Part shown: piece by piece, positions 1-10,618 of the stretch
Layout of the letters: every line of letters begins with the position of its first letter
How positions within the stretch are numbered: position 1 is the stretch's first letter
From: Salisapilia sapeloensis CBS 127946
Lineage: Eukaryota > Protista > Oomycota
Direction: 5' to 3'
NCBI GenBank assembly: GCA_023334545.1
Contig: JAADVB010000016.1
Location: forward strand, 62,001-126,000
DNA length: 64,000 bases
The notes under the pieces: generated by a model
Seen by the model: the letters and a program-made list of their open reading frames with translations, nothing else
Databases searched by the model: none
What the model was told of the DNA's origin: nothing
Program-made: the position numbers and the translations under genes

Positions 1-688
1 TCAAAGATTTGACGGGCTTTAATCGATTGAATCGGCATTGTTGCGGAAGTTTCTTTTGGATCTGGCTTGTGCTCTTCGTGGCAGAATCAAAAATGATCGC
101 TTTGATCCGAGATCCGTTTTGAGACCGCAGGTTGGACTGGGCGTTGTCATAGATCTCAAAAGGTTTATCCGGATACGATTGGTTGAAAATCTAATTCCAC
201 CGTGGAATTAGCCTCGTATGCTAAAATTTTTGGTGCTTGGATCTTGTCACATGAGAAACGGCGATCGATCTTGTGCAGCTGCATGTTTTTGTCCAAGAGG
301 GGCGTTTCCCGCTAGAGTATCGTTATGCATGAAACTACATGCAGTGTTACTTGGATCGGATGCTACTACGTCAATATGCAAAAGCTCGTTCAATTTGCTC
401 CTCGCTCCATATTGCAGTATACGCTTCAAACTGCTTTTCTAAGTGCGCTATCCAGAGCCTACACAGTTGCAGCACTGCAATAGACTCTTTCTTCTCCTCG
501 CCTGTTATCTGCAACCTGCTTTTATGAGAATCACTTCCAGATAAAACGTAGCTCCTCGTCTTCAAAGTAACTTCAATACCGTGCAATCACTTTTGTGTAT
601 TACTTGTCTCACACCCCCTGTTTCCTACTGCGCTCGATGACTGATTCGCATCACGAACGACTGGTTCCAGCCATTCTCGTACTTCACG

Positions 689-1774
689 ATGGGCAAGAAG
701 AAGAACCAGGCAGCGGCTAAAGGCAAGGCGAACGAGGCGGACAAGATCCAGAAACCTCCGAAGGAAATCGACAATGAAGCAGGTTTCTTCGGTCATGCCA
801 TTGCGCCCGGTCGATCCCTCCTATGGCCTAACATCGACGAAGACTTTTGCCTCCAATTGAACTCGGCAGCTCTAGGCGCCGATGCCAAGCCTGGTCGATC
901 CACGCTCTACGTCACGTACAAGAAGACCAAGATTGCACTGTGCTCGCTTACGCCTGGTGCCACGGATCAATTTACGTTGACGCACATCTTCACGCCGGGT
1001 GAACCGGTCGAATTCAAGTGCGAAGGCACCAACTCCATCCACCTCACTGGTCTCATCGAAATCCAGGACGAGGAAACGGGCGATAACGACGGGTATGACG
1101 GCTACGGTGCTGGTGGTGAAGGCTCTGACGTGGATGACGATGACATCGACTATGCTGCGTTCGCTGCTGGTGACAGTGACGAAGAAGAGGAGACTGCTAG
1201 CGACGATACTGCCGATGATAAGGAGGATGAGAACGAAGAAGACCGATTTGAAGTCTTGGAAGAACGTATGCACAATGAAGAGCCGGAAGACGCCAAGACG
1301 AAGGCTGAGAAAGCGGCCGAGAAAATCATCGAAGAGGGAAAGAAGGCCGAGTCCAAGAAGCGTGCCAAGGCCGAGGAAGAGGCTGCCAAGCCTGCCAAGA
1401 AGGCCAAGACCGAGGAGGCTGCTAAGCCTGCCAAGAAGGCCAAAGCCACTCGTGTCAACAAGGGCGTGACCATCGATGAGAAGGCTGAGGGCAAAGGCAA
1501 GCCTATCGCGAAGGGAGCCGCAGTGAGACTCTTGTACACTGGCAAGCTGGAAAATGGGAAGGTCTTTGACTCGAACCAGAACCGTAAGGACCCGTTGAAG
1601 TTCCGTCACGGTTCCGGCGAAGTCGTGAAAGGCATGGACTTCGGCATTGAAGGCATGAAGAAGGGTGGCAAGCGAACTATCACGATCCCAGCCAAGCTCG
1701 GATACGGCAAGCGCGGAGCTCCTCCGGCCATTCCTGGCAACGCGACGCTCATCTTTGACGTTGAACTCATTTAG
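689..1774 (+). CDS. Nucleoplasmin-like/FKBP-type peptidyl-prolyl isomerase (FKBP39/Fpr3/Fpr4-type histone chaperone)
   Basis: Intronless 361-aa ORF: N-terminal nucleoplasmin-like fold (LQLNSAAL...GTNSIHLTG), long acidic tract, Lys-rich linker and C-terminal FKBP domain (YTGKLENGKVFDSN...GMKKGGKRTITIPAKLGYG...IPGNATLIFDVEL). Confidence 0.93.
   Translation: MGKKKNQAAAKGKANEADKIQKPPKEIDNEAGFFGHAIAPGRSLLWPNIDEDFCLQLNSAALGADAKPGRSTLYVTYKKTKIALCSLTPGATDQFTLTHIFTPGEPVEFKCEGTNSIHLTGLIEIQDEETGDNDGYDGYGAGGEGSDVDDDDIDYAAFAAGDSDEEEETASDDTADDKEDENEEDRFEVLEERMHNEEPEDAKTKAEKAAEKIIEEGKKAESKKRAKAEEEAAKPAKKAKTEEAAKPAKKAKATRVNKGVTIDEKAEGKGKPIAKGAAVRLLYTGKLENGKVFDSNQNRKDPLKFRHGSGEVVKGMDFGIEGMKKGGKRTITIPAKLGYGKRGAPPAIPGNATLIFDVELI
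1376..1447 (+). repeat. Two-copy 36-nt coding tandem repeat (EEAAKPAKKAK[T/A]) in the FKBP linker
   Basis: GAAGAGGCTGCCAAGCCTGCCAAGAAGGCCAAGACC is followed directly by GAGGAGGCTGCTAAGCCTGCCAAGAAGGCCAAAGCC. Confidence 0.9.
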
Positions 1775-1955
1775 ATGCAGAGAAATAGATTTCTTGTTTT
1801 TTTCATAATGATCTACTTGATGATAGCTGATATAATACATGCGTCGACGTTATTGGCGACGCGGCGATCTCGTTGGGCTCTGTACGCTTGTGCGCGGTGG
1901 AGGAAGAAGGAGCGGAGAGTAGACTCACTTTCGATTTCACTGGCTGACGACGCAC

Positions 1956-3067
1956 ATGACGTCTCTCGTGGTGAAAGCATCGACGTTAGGAACGATGGCA
2001 TGGTGGAGCTTGACGGGTGTGGGTAAAATGCTCGAATGGGTGCCAGAGAGGCGTTTGCTCCTCGTCGCACGATGCGTTGGATTTTTCTTCTACCAAGGTG
2101 CCTTTGTCGCATGGTTGGTCTCATCGTCGTCTTATCTTGCATGTTTATACGTACAGTCCTGAGGTATCGGAGGAAGATAGTGCTTGGCAATGTCGCGACA
2201 GCCTTCCCTACACTCACGTCGGAACAACAGCATGACATCGCTCGAGATTCCTATACGAATCTCGCTCTAACTATTTTATGGTTCCTTCGCCTGCCAAAGC
2301 TTCGACAGCAAGATGCGATCGAATACTTTGAAGTAGATGACGACATTACGTTGGACTCCAATTCGATCGTCTTATCGGGTCACTTGGGTATATGAATAGA
2401 TTCGATGTATTGGATAAAACCGTCTCATGTCGTTCTAGGTGCATGGGAGATGCTTCCGTGGTGGCTATCTACCTCTTTCCCACATCCCCAAGCTATCGTC
2501 TATCGACCTCTCCATCAACCGACAGTCAATGCCTTTGTACAGGAGCTTCGACAACACCCTCGTATCGAATGGATTCCAGTACGTAGGAGCTGTCTTTGCA
2601 TCTGTACATATCTTATCTCCATGCCCTAGGATAAAAACTGCTTTCAACGGCTACAAGACAAGCTATTGCACGAGCACTCGCAGCTCGTCGGTCTGGTATC
2701 CGATCAACGCAGTAGCAACTTCCGCACCCGCACACTGGCCACATTCCTCGGTCAGCCGACGTATCTACCGACAGGAGCTGCTCGTCTCCACTCGAAAACA
2801 TCCGCATCTATTTACTTGATCGTAGTCGTGCACAACCGAGGTTTCTACCATACGAGCGATACGAAACCATTCAAGCTACACTTGCACCCAGTACCTACCT
2901 CCTGCCTCCATCCTTTATCCAGGAAACTAATCTTTCCATAGATCAGAGCTTCTACTATCGCATCTACCGTCCAAGACTATGCCAACGTCCTGTCCAACAT
3001 CATCCACACCTACCCAAGTCAATACCTCTGGACACATCGATTATGGCAATCCAATCTTTCATTATAG
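1956..3067 (+). CDS. Lipid A biosynthesis lauroyl/myristoyl acyltransferase-like protein (LpxL/HtrB family LPLAT), 5 exons
   Basis: Splicing four short GT-AG introns joins the ORF pieces into YRRKIVLGNVATAFP...SGHLGAWE...YRPLHQP...GLVSDQR...TFLGQPTYLPTGAARL...YPSQYLWTHRLW*. These match the HxxxxE, DQ, FFG-like and PxQYLWxHRRW motifs of the bacterial family. Confidence 0.8.
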
Positions 3068-4494
3068 CTCATCCTTATCGTTTCCAAGGATTTCGCTCAA
3101 AATATCATCTTCTTCCTCCTCCTCCTCTTCCACCTGAACGTCCTCTCCGTCCCACGGCTCCACAGTCTTCAACGCTGGCATCGCATCAAATCCAATCGTC
3201 TTCTCCTTGCCTTGTAAAATGTCTTGCAAGAACGTTCCGATCGAATCGGCGTTAAACGCACCACGCTGTACGACATAGCGCTTCCGGTCCACATTCACTG
3301 CCACGATCGAAGGGTATCCAAACGTCAGCTCAAACGTTTGCTCCAACGCAGGCTGGTCGCCACCCTGCATCCAGGCGAACTTGAATGGCTTCCCACGCAC
3401 CTTCTTCGCTGCTTCCGCCATCGTATCCAAGTACTGTTCTCGTCCAGCCTTCCCACTCTCGGTGATATGCGGTAGCAAGGCAATCACGCAGCTCGCTTTG
3501 CCTTCACAAAAGTCTTGGAGCGACTCGGAGGATGTAAGTTCACGGATCTGAAGACCGCCACCGAGTCGATCCACTGTTTCCAGTGCGTAGGAGGAGATTC
3601 CAGAGGCTGTACGCGGTCCTTGGTAGTCTTCTGCATCCGACGCGGACGAAGCGCCAGGTCCAAAGACCTTGATCGTCGGGAAGCCTTGAATGCCGTACTC
3701 CTGTGCCTTCTGTTCGTTTGCAGTGGCGTCGATAGCACCCATCTTGACCGTTCCTTTCAGCTCTGAAGCGGCTTGCTCCCACTCAGGAGCGAGAGCCTTG
3801 CAGTGACCACACCACGGAGCGTAGAACTCGACAAGCCAGACGTCGCCACTGTTCAGGACAGAGCTGTCAAAGTTACCATCCGTTAGTGTCACGACATCCG
3901 AAGTAGGCTTCTGCTTTTGCTTTGAGCTGGAAGATTTGGAGCTCTTAGACGGACCGGCGAGTCGGTCTTTCACGACTTTACGAGCTTCCGACATGCCAGC
4001 ATCGACGATGCCCTTGGCAGTGCGCTCGCCCTGGTAGTCTTTCGGATGCTTCTTGTCTGCACCAAAGATCTTGATTGTTGGAAAGCCTTGGACACCGTAC
4101 TGTGCAGCAAGGTCTTTGCTCTCATCACAGTCCACTGCGCTCATAGCGATTAGATGTAGGAATCGACTACAAATGGCATATGCATGTACCTGCAGCGACG
4201 TTAACTACACCGTCAAGGGCTTTAGCAGCTTTTTTCCATTCCGGAGCTAAGTTCTTGCAATGGCCACACCATGGCGCGTAGAACTCGACGAGCCAGACGC
4301 CAGAATCTTTCTATAAGATCGTGAATACGATGCGAAAAGGTCGATAAAACAAGATGTAAACGTACTTGGACTTGATCTCTAAAGTTTTTCGAGTCGAGCA
4401 AGGTCACAGCACCTTTGCTAGTATAAAATGCTTGTGTCGAAGCGATAAACAAGAGCGCACAGAGCGCAAAGCTAGTACGAGTAGCTCGAGACAT
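3062..4494 (-). CDS. PDIA6: Protein disulfide-isomerase, PDIA6/P5 type, 3 exons
   Basis: Signal peptide [22 protein letters not shown], two [14 protein letters not shown] thioredoxin sites after splicing, a b-type domain, an acidic tail and C-terminal KDEL. Confidence 0.95.
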
Positions 4495-4697
4495 GCTGGT
4501 CGATATAAAAGTGAAGTCTTTTCGAACTTCGATAAAGTATGCTCCACGTAAACGTGTGTGATTGGCTGAAATAAACTTCAAGAATATCTTGAAGAGGACT
4601 ATGAACTTCAATGTCACAGTCAGCGAGGCAGGTGTCCGTTTCATGGGGAAATCGATTGACTTAGAGCACAAATTAAGTATTAGTCGCTAGTTTTCTT

Positions 4698-7600
4698 ATG
4701 AGCAGTCGACGTTCGCCGCAGAGAGCGGGTTCTATTGAAAGTGATAGCTCGAAATTGCGTCGTCGAGTTCAGGATGGACGGCAGTGTGGTGAACCAAAGA
4801 CTCGACTCGAAGGACATAAGAACCTTAACAAAATCCAAGACATAATTAATAGAGCGGTATCCGTTGCATGCATAGATATTAGTGGCATAAAATACTAATC
4901 TTGAGCTTGACTTTCTAGCCTGGATGCTACGCTAATGACGATGGCTCGGACGACATTCGAGAGCGGTACAACTTCTACGTGCATGGTCGCCGTTTTTTGG
5001 TACTTTATATCCACCAATATGCATGCATGCAGTTCTAGTGTCTAAGGCAGAAATGCTCATATGCATAGTTCGCTCCATGTGCACTTGGTATATTCACTGA
5101 GAGCAACCAATTTCGTCAATTGATGGTCCGAATCGTGACTTCAAAAGAGTTTGACAATTTTATTCTTCTGCTGATTGTCTTGAACTCGGTCATCCTTGCT
5201 TTGGCAGACTATAGTATCGTCGATAGCGATGGAAATTTAGATCCAACGAGGTCCATTTACAATGCCATCGTCCTCAACGCAGACCACATTTTTACAACAC
5301 TTTTCGCAATCGAGTGTTCTATGAAGATTATAGCGATGGGATTATTTGGTGAACAGGGTGCATACTTGATGGATCCATGGAATTGGCTCGACTTTGTCGT
5401 CGTTTTCATTGGGTAAGCTTTTCATCATTGAGCTTAGTGTCGGAGTGCACAAACCAACTCATTCATCTTTCTCTATTGCTCGAACATACTAGTATCCTTG
5501 CAGTCATCCCGAACATACAAAGTGTCTCTGTACTTCGTACATTTCGAGTTTTGCGTCCTTTACGAAGTTTAAATGCAATTGCTGGTGATGTTCCTCTATT
5601 TACATGATTTTGTTCACTGTCTAATGCAAGATTTTGTCAATAGGCATGAAGAAGCTAGTCTCTGCATTGCTCCAATCCATTCCAGAGCTGCTTACCGTCG
5701 TGGCTTTCCTATCGTTTCTCTTCTTTTTATATGGAGTGATTGGTATACAACTTTGGAGTGGTATGCTTTCCGGGCGATGCCGAATGACTCCATTTCCACT
5801 TCAGCTCAATCCAAATATCACGTATAGTGAATTTGACGCGTATAAGAGTAAAGCACTTGCAAATGTGTCTTCATATCGCTGCCTAGATGACAATGGATTG
5901 CCATTAGAGCTCTTTGATGATTCTTGGGAACTCTGGACATCTCCGTGGAAAGAGGCACGAGTGTGCTTTTGGCCGATTGCACATGAACTGAAACCGCAGA
6001 CTTGTGACCTGGATGGAGGCAACTACCGCCAGTGTCCAGTTGGACAAACATGCGGGTCGGACTATGATACTTTCGGAAATTTTCGCTTTACTCATCCAGA
6101 TCCTCTCATCGAGCGAAACATACTTCGTTCGGCGGTGTTTAATTCAGCTATGGGATATGGACTTGTGAGCTTTGACAACATTGCATTGGCATCGTTAACG
6201 ATTTTCCAATGCATTACCCGAGATGGATGGTAAGTTAGTTAAGTTAAACACCATAATGCTGCTTTTATTGTCCATGTATAGGAGCGATATTATGTACATG
6301 CTTCAGGACGCTGGATATGACTTCGTGGCAGTTGGCTATTTCGTTTCATTTATCATCCTTGGTTCCTATTTTATGCTCAACTTGACTCTCGCTGTCATTT
6401 GGGAAAACTTTTCTGAAGTTTCATCCATCGAGGCCGAGGAGAAGGAGGTTAACTTGCGTCGAAATCTAGGGCAACTGACACGAGACAGAAAGAAATCTCT
6501 CATACCGTTCTTACCAACTTCACCCATTCGTATATTTGTTGGTAAGGTGGTTACACATCGGGTATTTCATGGGATCAGCTATACGTTGGTGCTACTCAAC
6601 ACGATCATTCTCTCTCTCGACAAGTATCCCGTCGATGATCTGCTTAACGAACGTATTGAAGCAATTAACTTCTGTCTCGCATGTCTTTTTTTAACGGAAC
6701 TCATATTGAAACTCTTTGGTCTTGGCTGGCATGCGTGGAAGGCTGATGTTTACAATGCAATCGATGCAGTGGTGGTGCTTGTGGCTGCAATAGAGGCTGC
6801 CTTGTCACCTCCTCCATTTCTCCATTTCGGAGATGTAACCTATACATCGACCGTAAATTTTTCCGGTCTTCGGTCGCTCCGCATATTTGCGCTTTTCAAA
6901 GTGGCTCGGTATAATCTCTTTCCATCCAAGATGTTTATATTGGTATGGAAACCTAATAAATGGTGATAGGTTCTGGCCATCCCTGGGCAAATTGCTCAGT
7001 ACCATGTATAGCACGATCAAGGAGATAGGGAACTTCAGCGTGCTCTTGCTCCTTTTCATGTATATCTACGCATTAATTGGCATGCAAACATTTGCATTTC
7101 AATTTCGCTTTGACAAGCATGGATATTCAGTAGGTCGAGAAGAGGAAGCCTATCACACTCCAAGGTCAACCTTTGATGGCATCCTTTGGTCCATGGTTAC
7201 CGTTTTCCAGGTATGTATTTTTACTTTATTCCGATACCTTTACTTTGCTTTGGCTGATATGAATGTTTTATAAAGATTTTGACTGGACAAAACTGGACTA
7301 CTGTTATGCTGGATGGATATCGCGCTTCGAATTGGTCTGCCATTTTGTATTTTGTATCCCTCGTAGTCCTAGGCGACTTCATCGTTCTCAACCTCTTCCT
7401 TGCCATTTTGCTTGGTAACTTTGAGGAATCGAGTGAAGATGAAGCTACAGGGGTTGAACGGCAAGAATTACGTCGACGAGCACGTATCGCTCCGTCTATG
7501 ACAAACTTTTCTATCATAGAAGACCGAACAGACACAAACATAGTATGCGAAAGAGGATCCTTTGACCGCTCAGCGAGTAAATTGACACTTATTTCAAATC

Positions 7601-10449
7601 GTGGTCGGCGAGAGGCGAAGGGTATCTTGTTTCGTCAGAACTCGACCAATTCTGCTTTCCTGCAACAGCGTGCGAAAGCTGACGCGATGACGTCCAAAAT
7701 TACGAAACGATCTTTATTTATCTTCTCGATGGAGAATCCGATACGAGTCAAAGTGATCCACCTGATCACTCACCCTCAATTTGACAACATAACGCTCTTA
7801 CTCATCGGTGTGAGTACTCTTGCTGTCGCGTTGGACAACCCACTAGATGATCCCGATGGACTTTTAGCTATCACGCTTCAATACTTGGATATCGTTCTCA
7901 CCTCCTTGTTTATACTGGAAGCGGTGATTAAGATAATTGGCCTAGGCTTTATCATGGACAAACATACTTATCTACGAGATGAGTGGAACGTCATGGACTT
8001 TGTGATTACCGTCCTTGCTACTCTTTCATTCCAAAACGGAAACCAGTTTAAATTCATCAAGACTATCCGAACGTTCCGTGCGTTGCGACCACTACGGATG
8101 ATCAGCCGTAATCCAGGACTTAAACTCGTGGTTAGTTCTTTACTCGCATCGATACCTCAAATCCTTAACGTTTTGTTTGTCTGCCTCCTCATCTTTACCA
8201 TTTTTAGTATCATCGCTGTGAACAATTTTAAGGGATCCTTCGACGCTTGTCAAGGTGATGCCTTTGACACATTCAGCAATGCTCAGCAAAACTTAATAGC
8301 AAACCCACGTATTTGGGCGAACTTGACTAGTGTCGAGCAGTCATGGTTTAACGACACGATTGCAACTGTGTACAAGAACTATGAGGACAGCAGTCAGGTT
8401 ACTTCAAAGCTAGTGTGTGGATGGATGGGAGCAACTTGGATGAAGAGTCAACCGCAGCATTTTGATAATGTTATAAGTGGCCTGCAGGCATTTTTCGAGA
8501 TGAGCACGACTGAAAGCTGGGTTAATATTATGCTAGCTGGCGTAGATGCTGCTGGCATGGATATGCAACCAAAGTTAAACAATAGGCCGTTGTGGAGCCT
8601 CTTCTTTATTACTTTCGTTCTGATAGGAGCTTTCTTCCTGATGCAGCTTTTTGTCGGTGTTGTCATCGACAACTTTAATCGACTGAAGCAAAAGTTGGAT
8701 GGCACTTCTAAACTTTCAACATCGCAAAGAGAGTGGTTGTTGGTGAATGAGTCGATGCTGAATTTACGGCCAGTGAGACGATTGCGAATCCCACGCGACC
8801 CACTTCGTCGGTATTTTTTCAAATGGGCTCGAGATCCCAACCTTGAACTTATCATTATGAGCTGTATTATATTAAACACGGTCGTCATGTCTGCTCATTA
8901 CTTTGGAGAAGAAGATCTCTACCGCTCAGCTTTGGACTATACCAATTATGTTTTTGCAGGTATCTTTACGATGGAGGCAATTGTGAAAATAATTGGACTG
9001 GGAAGGTATTACTGGAAAGATGCCTGGAACATTTTTGACTTTGTTATCGTTATAGGTACCTTGCTCGGTATCGTATATACTTGGTATGGTGGAAAGTCGG
9101 TTGGTACAGTGGCGACTGTAGTTCGAAGCTTTCGAGTCGGACGACTCTTTCGACTCGTTCAATCAGCACCATCGCTTCGGCAGCTTTTTAATACTCTTTT
9201 AGTTACGCTTCCGTCACTTGCAAACATTGGAGCGTTGCTGTCACTAGTGTTCTTTATCTACGCTGTGATGGGCGTACAGCTATTTGCCAAAGTGAAGTTT
9301 GGAAACTTGATAACATCTACTAGTAACTTTCGTACGATTTGGAGAGCCCTGCTGACACTGGTACATACAAATAAAATACTGTGTTTGTGAATATTAATAA
9401 TCTGGACACTGCCATAGATTCGCTGCGCAACTGGAGAGAAATGGAATTTGGTCATGTACGAACTGTCGAATGAGCACGGATGCAATCCAGATCCAGATTA
9501 CAATACGACATACTGTGGCTTTAGTAACCATGAAGGCTGCATTCCTCTCAACGGATGTGGTGCCACGAATGGAGCCTACATCTATTTCTATAGCTTCACA
9601 CTCATATTTTCTTTCATCATGCTCAACATCTTCATTGCTGTGATTTTGGAAGGCTTTGCTATTGAAAAAGATAAAAGTGAAGGGATACTGTTGCCGTCTC
9701 ATGTATGTCTGTAGCTACATGATGTCTTATTTTAGGCTGACAGTATATTGTGAAAGCGTAGTATGACAACTTCACTACAGTTTGGTCAAAATTTGATCAA
9801 GAAGCGACAGGATTTATGGAGTGGCATTTTCTCCCGAACTTCATTATGGATCTCGCACCCCCAATGGGATACGGAGGTATACATCGACCACCAACAAAGG
9901 AGGTTGCGATTATCATTGGTAAGCTGGAAGTTCTGCTCACTAGAGAGCTGTACTTATTTGCTACCTAGAACATTTGGATATCCCCATTTATCGAGGCAAC
10001 AAAGTATTTCTTAATGACGTAGCAAGACGGATAGGAAAGCTCGTCGTTGAAGAGGTACTTCCTCTCGCGCTATGAATTTAAAACACCTGTGACAACTAAT
10101 GTATTGCTAGTTGTGTGATGAGCCTTTAGGGAAATTACCGTCAGCACTGAAGATAGAGCAACGATGGCTAAAATATCTGGCAACGCGCAAGATTCGCAGA
10201 AACGACCTCTCAGTGTATCGAGTAAACCAGTTCAATGCAGCTCTTCTCCTTCATGGTGCTGTTAAAGGGCAATTTTTTCGAGAGGACCTCCAGGAGAAGA
10301 TTGAGGCATTCAAAAATCACGAGAAGAATGTGGTACAGCTACCAAAGCGCAAGCAGGCGGTGGTCATGCGTAGTGATAGTATATCTGAAGATATCTCATT
10401 TTCTAGCAGCGACGACAGCCTTAGCCTGAGTAGACTCCTAGAAAGTTGA
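4698..10449 (+). CDS. Four-domain voltage-gated Ca2+/Na+-type channel alpha subunit, multi-exon
   Basis: Four 6-TM repeats with S4 segments (LRTFRVLRPLRSL; LRSLRIFALFKVAR; IRTFRALRPLRMISR; VRSFRVGRLFRLV), pore loops FQCITRDGW, FQILTGQNW, FEMSTTESW and RCATGEKW, S6 segments (FMLNLTLAVI, VLNLFLAIL, LFVGVVIDNF, MLNIFIAVILE) and an IQ-like C-terminal segment. The 5-prime exons are approximate. Confidence 0.93.
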
Positions 10450-10618
10450 AATCTTTATCGGTTACTTTGAGAGTTTAGCAAGGACACTACCTTTATAGTA
10501 TACGCGTATTTGACATTATCATGAAGTTTGAGCAGTTACATCTTTGACTTCAGCTACCAAGAAGATGTCGTTACAAGAGATCCTTCGCTCAGTTGTACAA
10601 ATTTAAATTGATATTCGC

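Noticed and set aside
1-590. Possible multi-exon gene on the minus strand, divergent from the FKBP gene and running off the window
   Set aside because: Short open stretches and splice-like sites are present, but I found no consistent model and no recognisable motif.
872-1840. 322-aa antisense ORF over the FKBP gene (similar shadows at 15994-16764, 26634-27392, 30206-30583 and 53336-53818)
   Set aside because: These lie opposite well-supported genes, have no motifs, and are expected from codon bias that depletes antisense stops.
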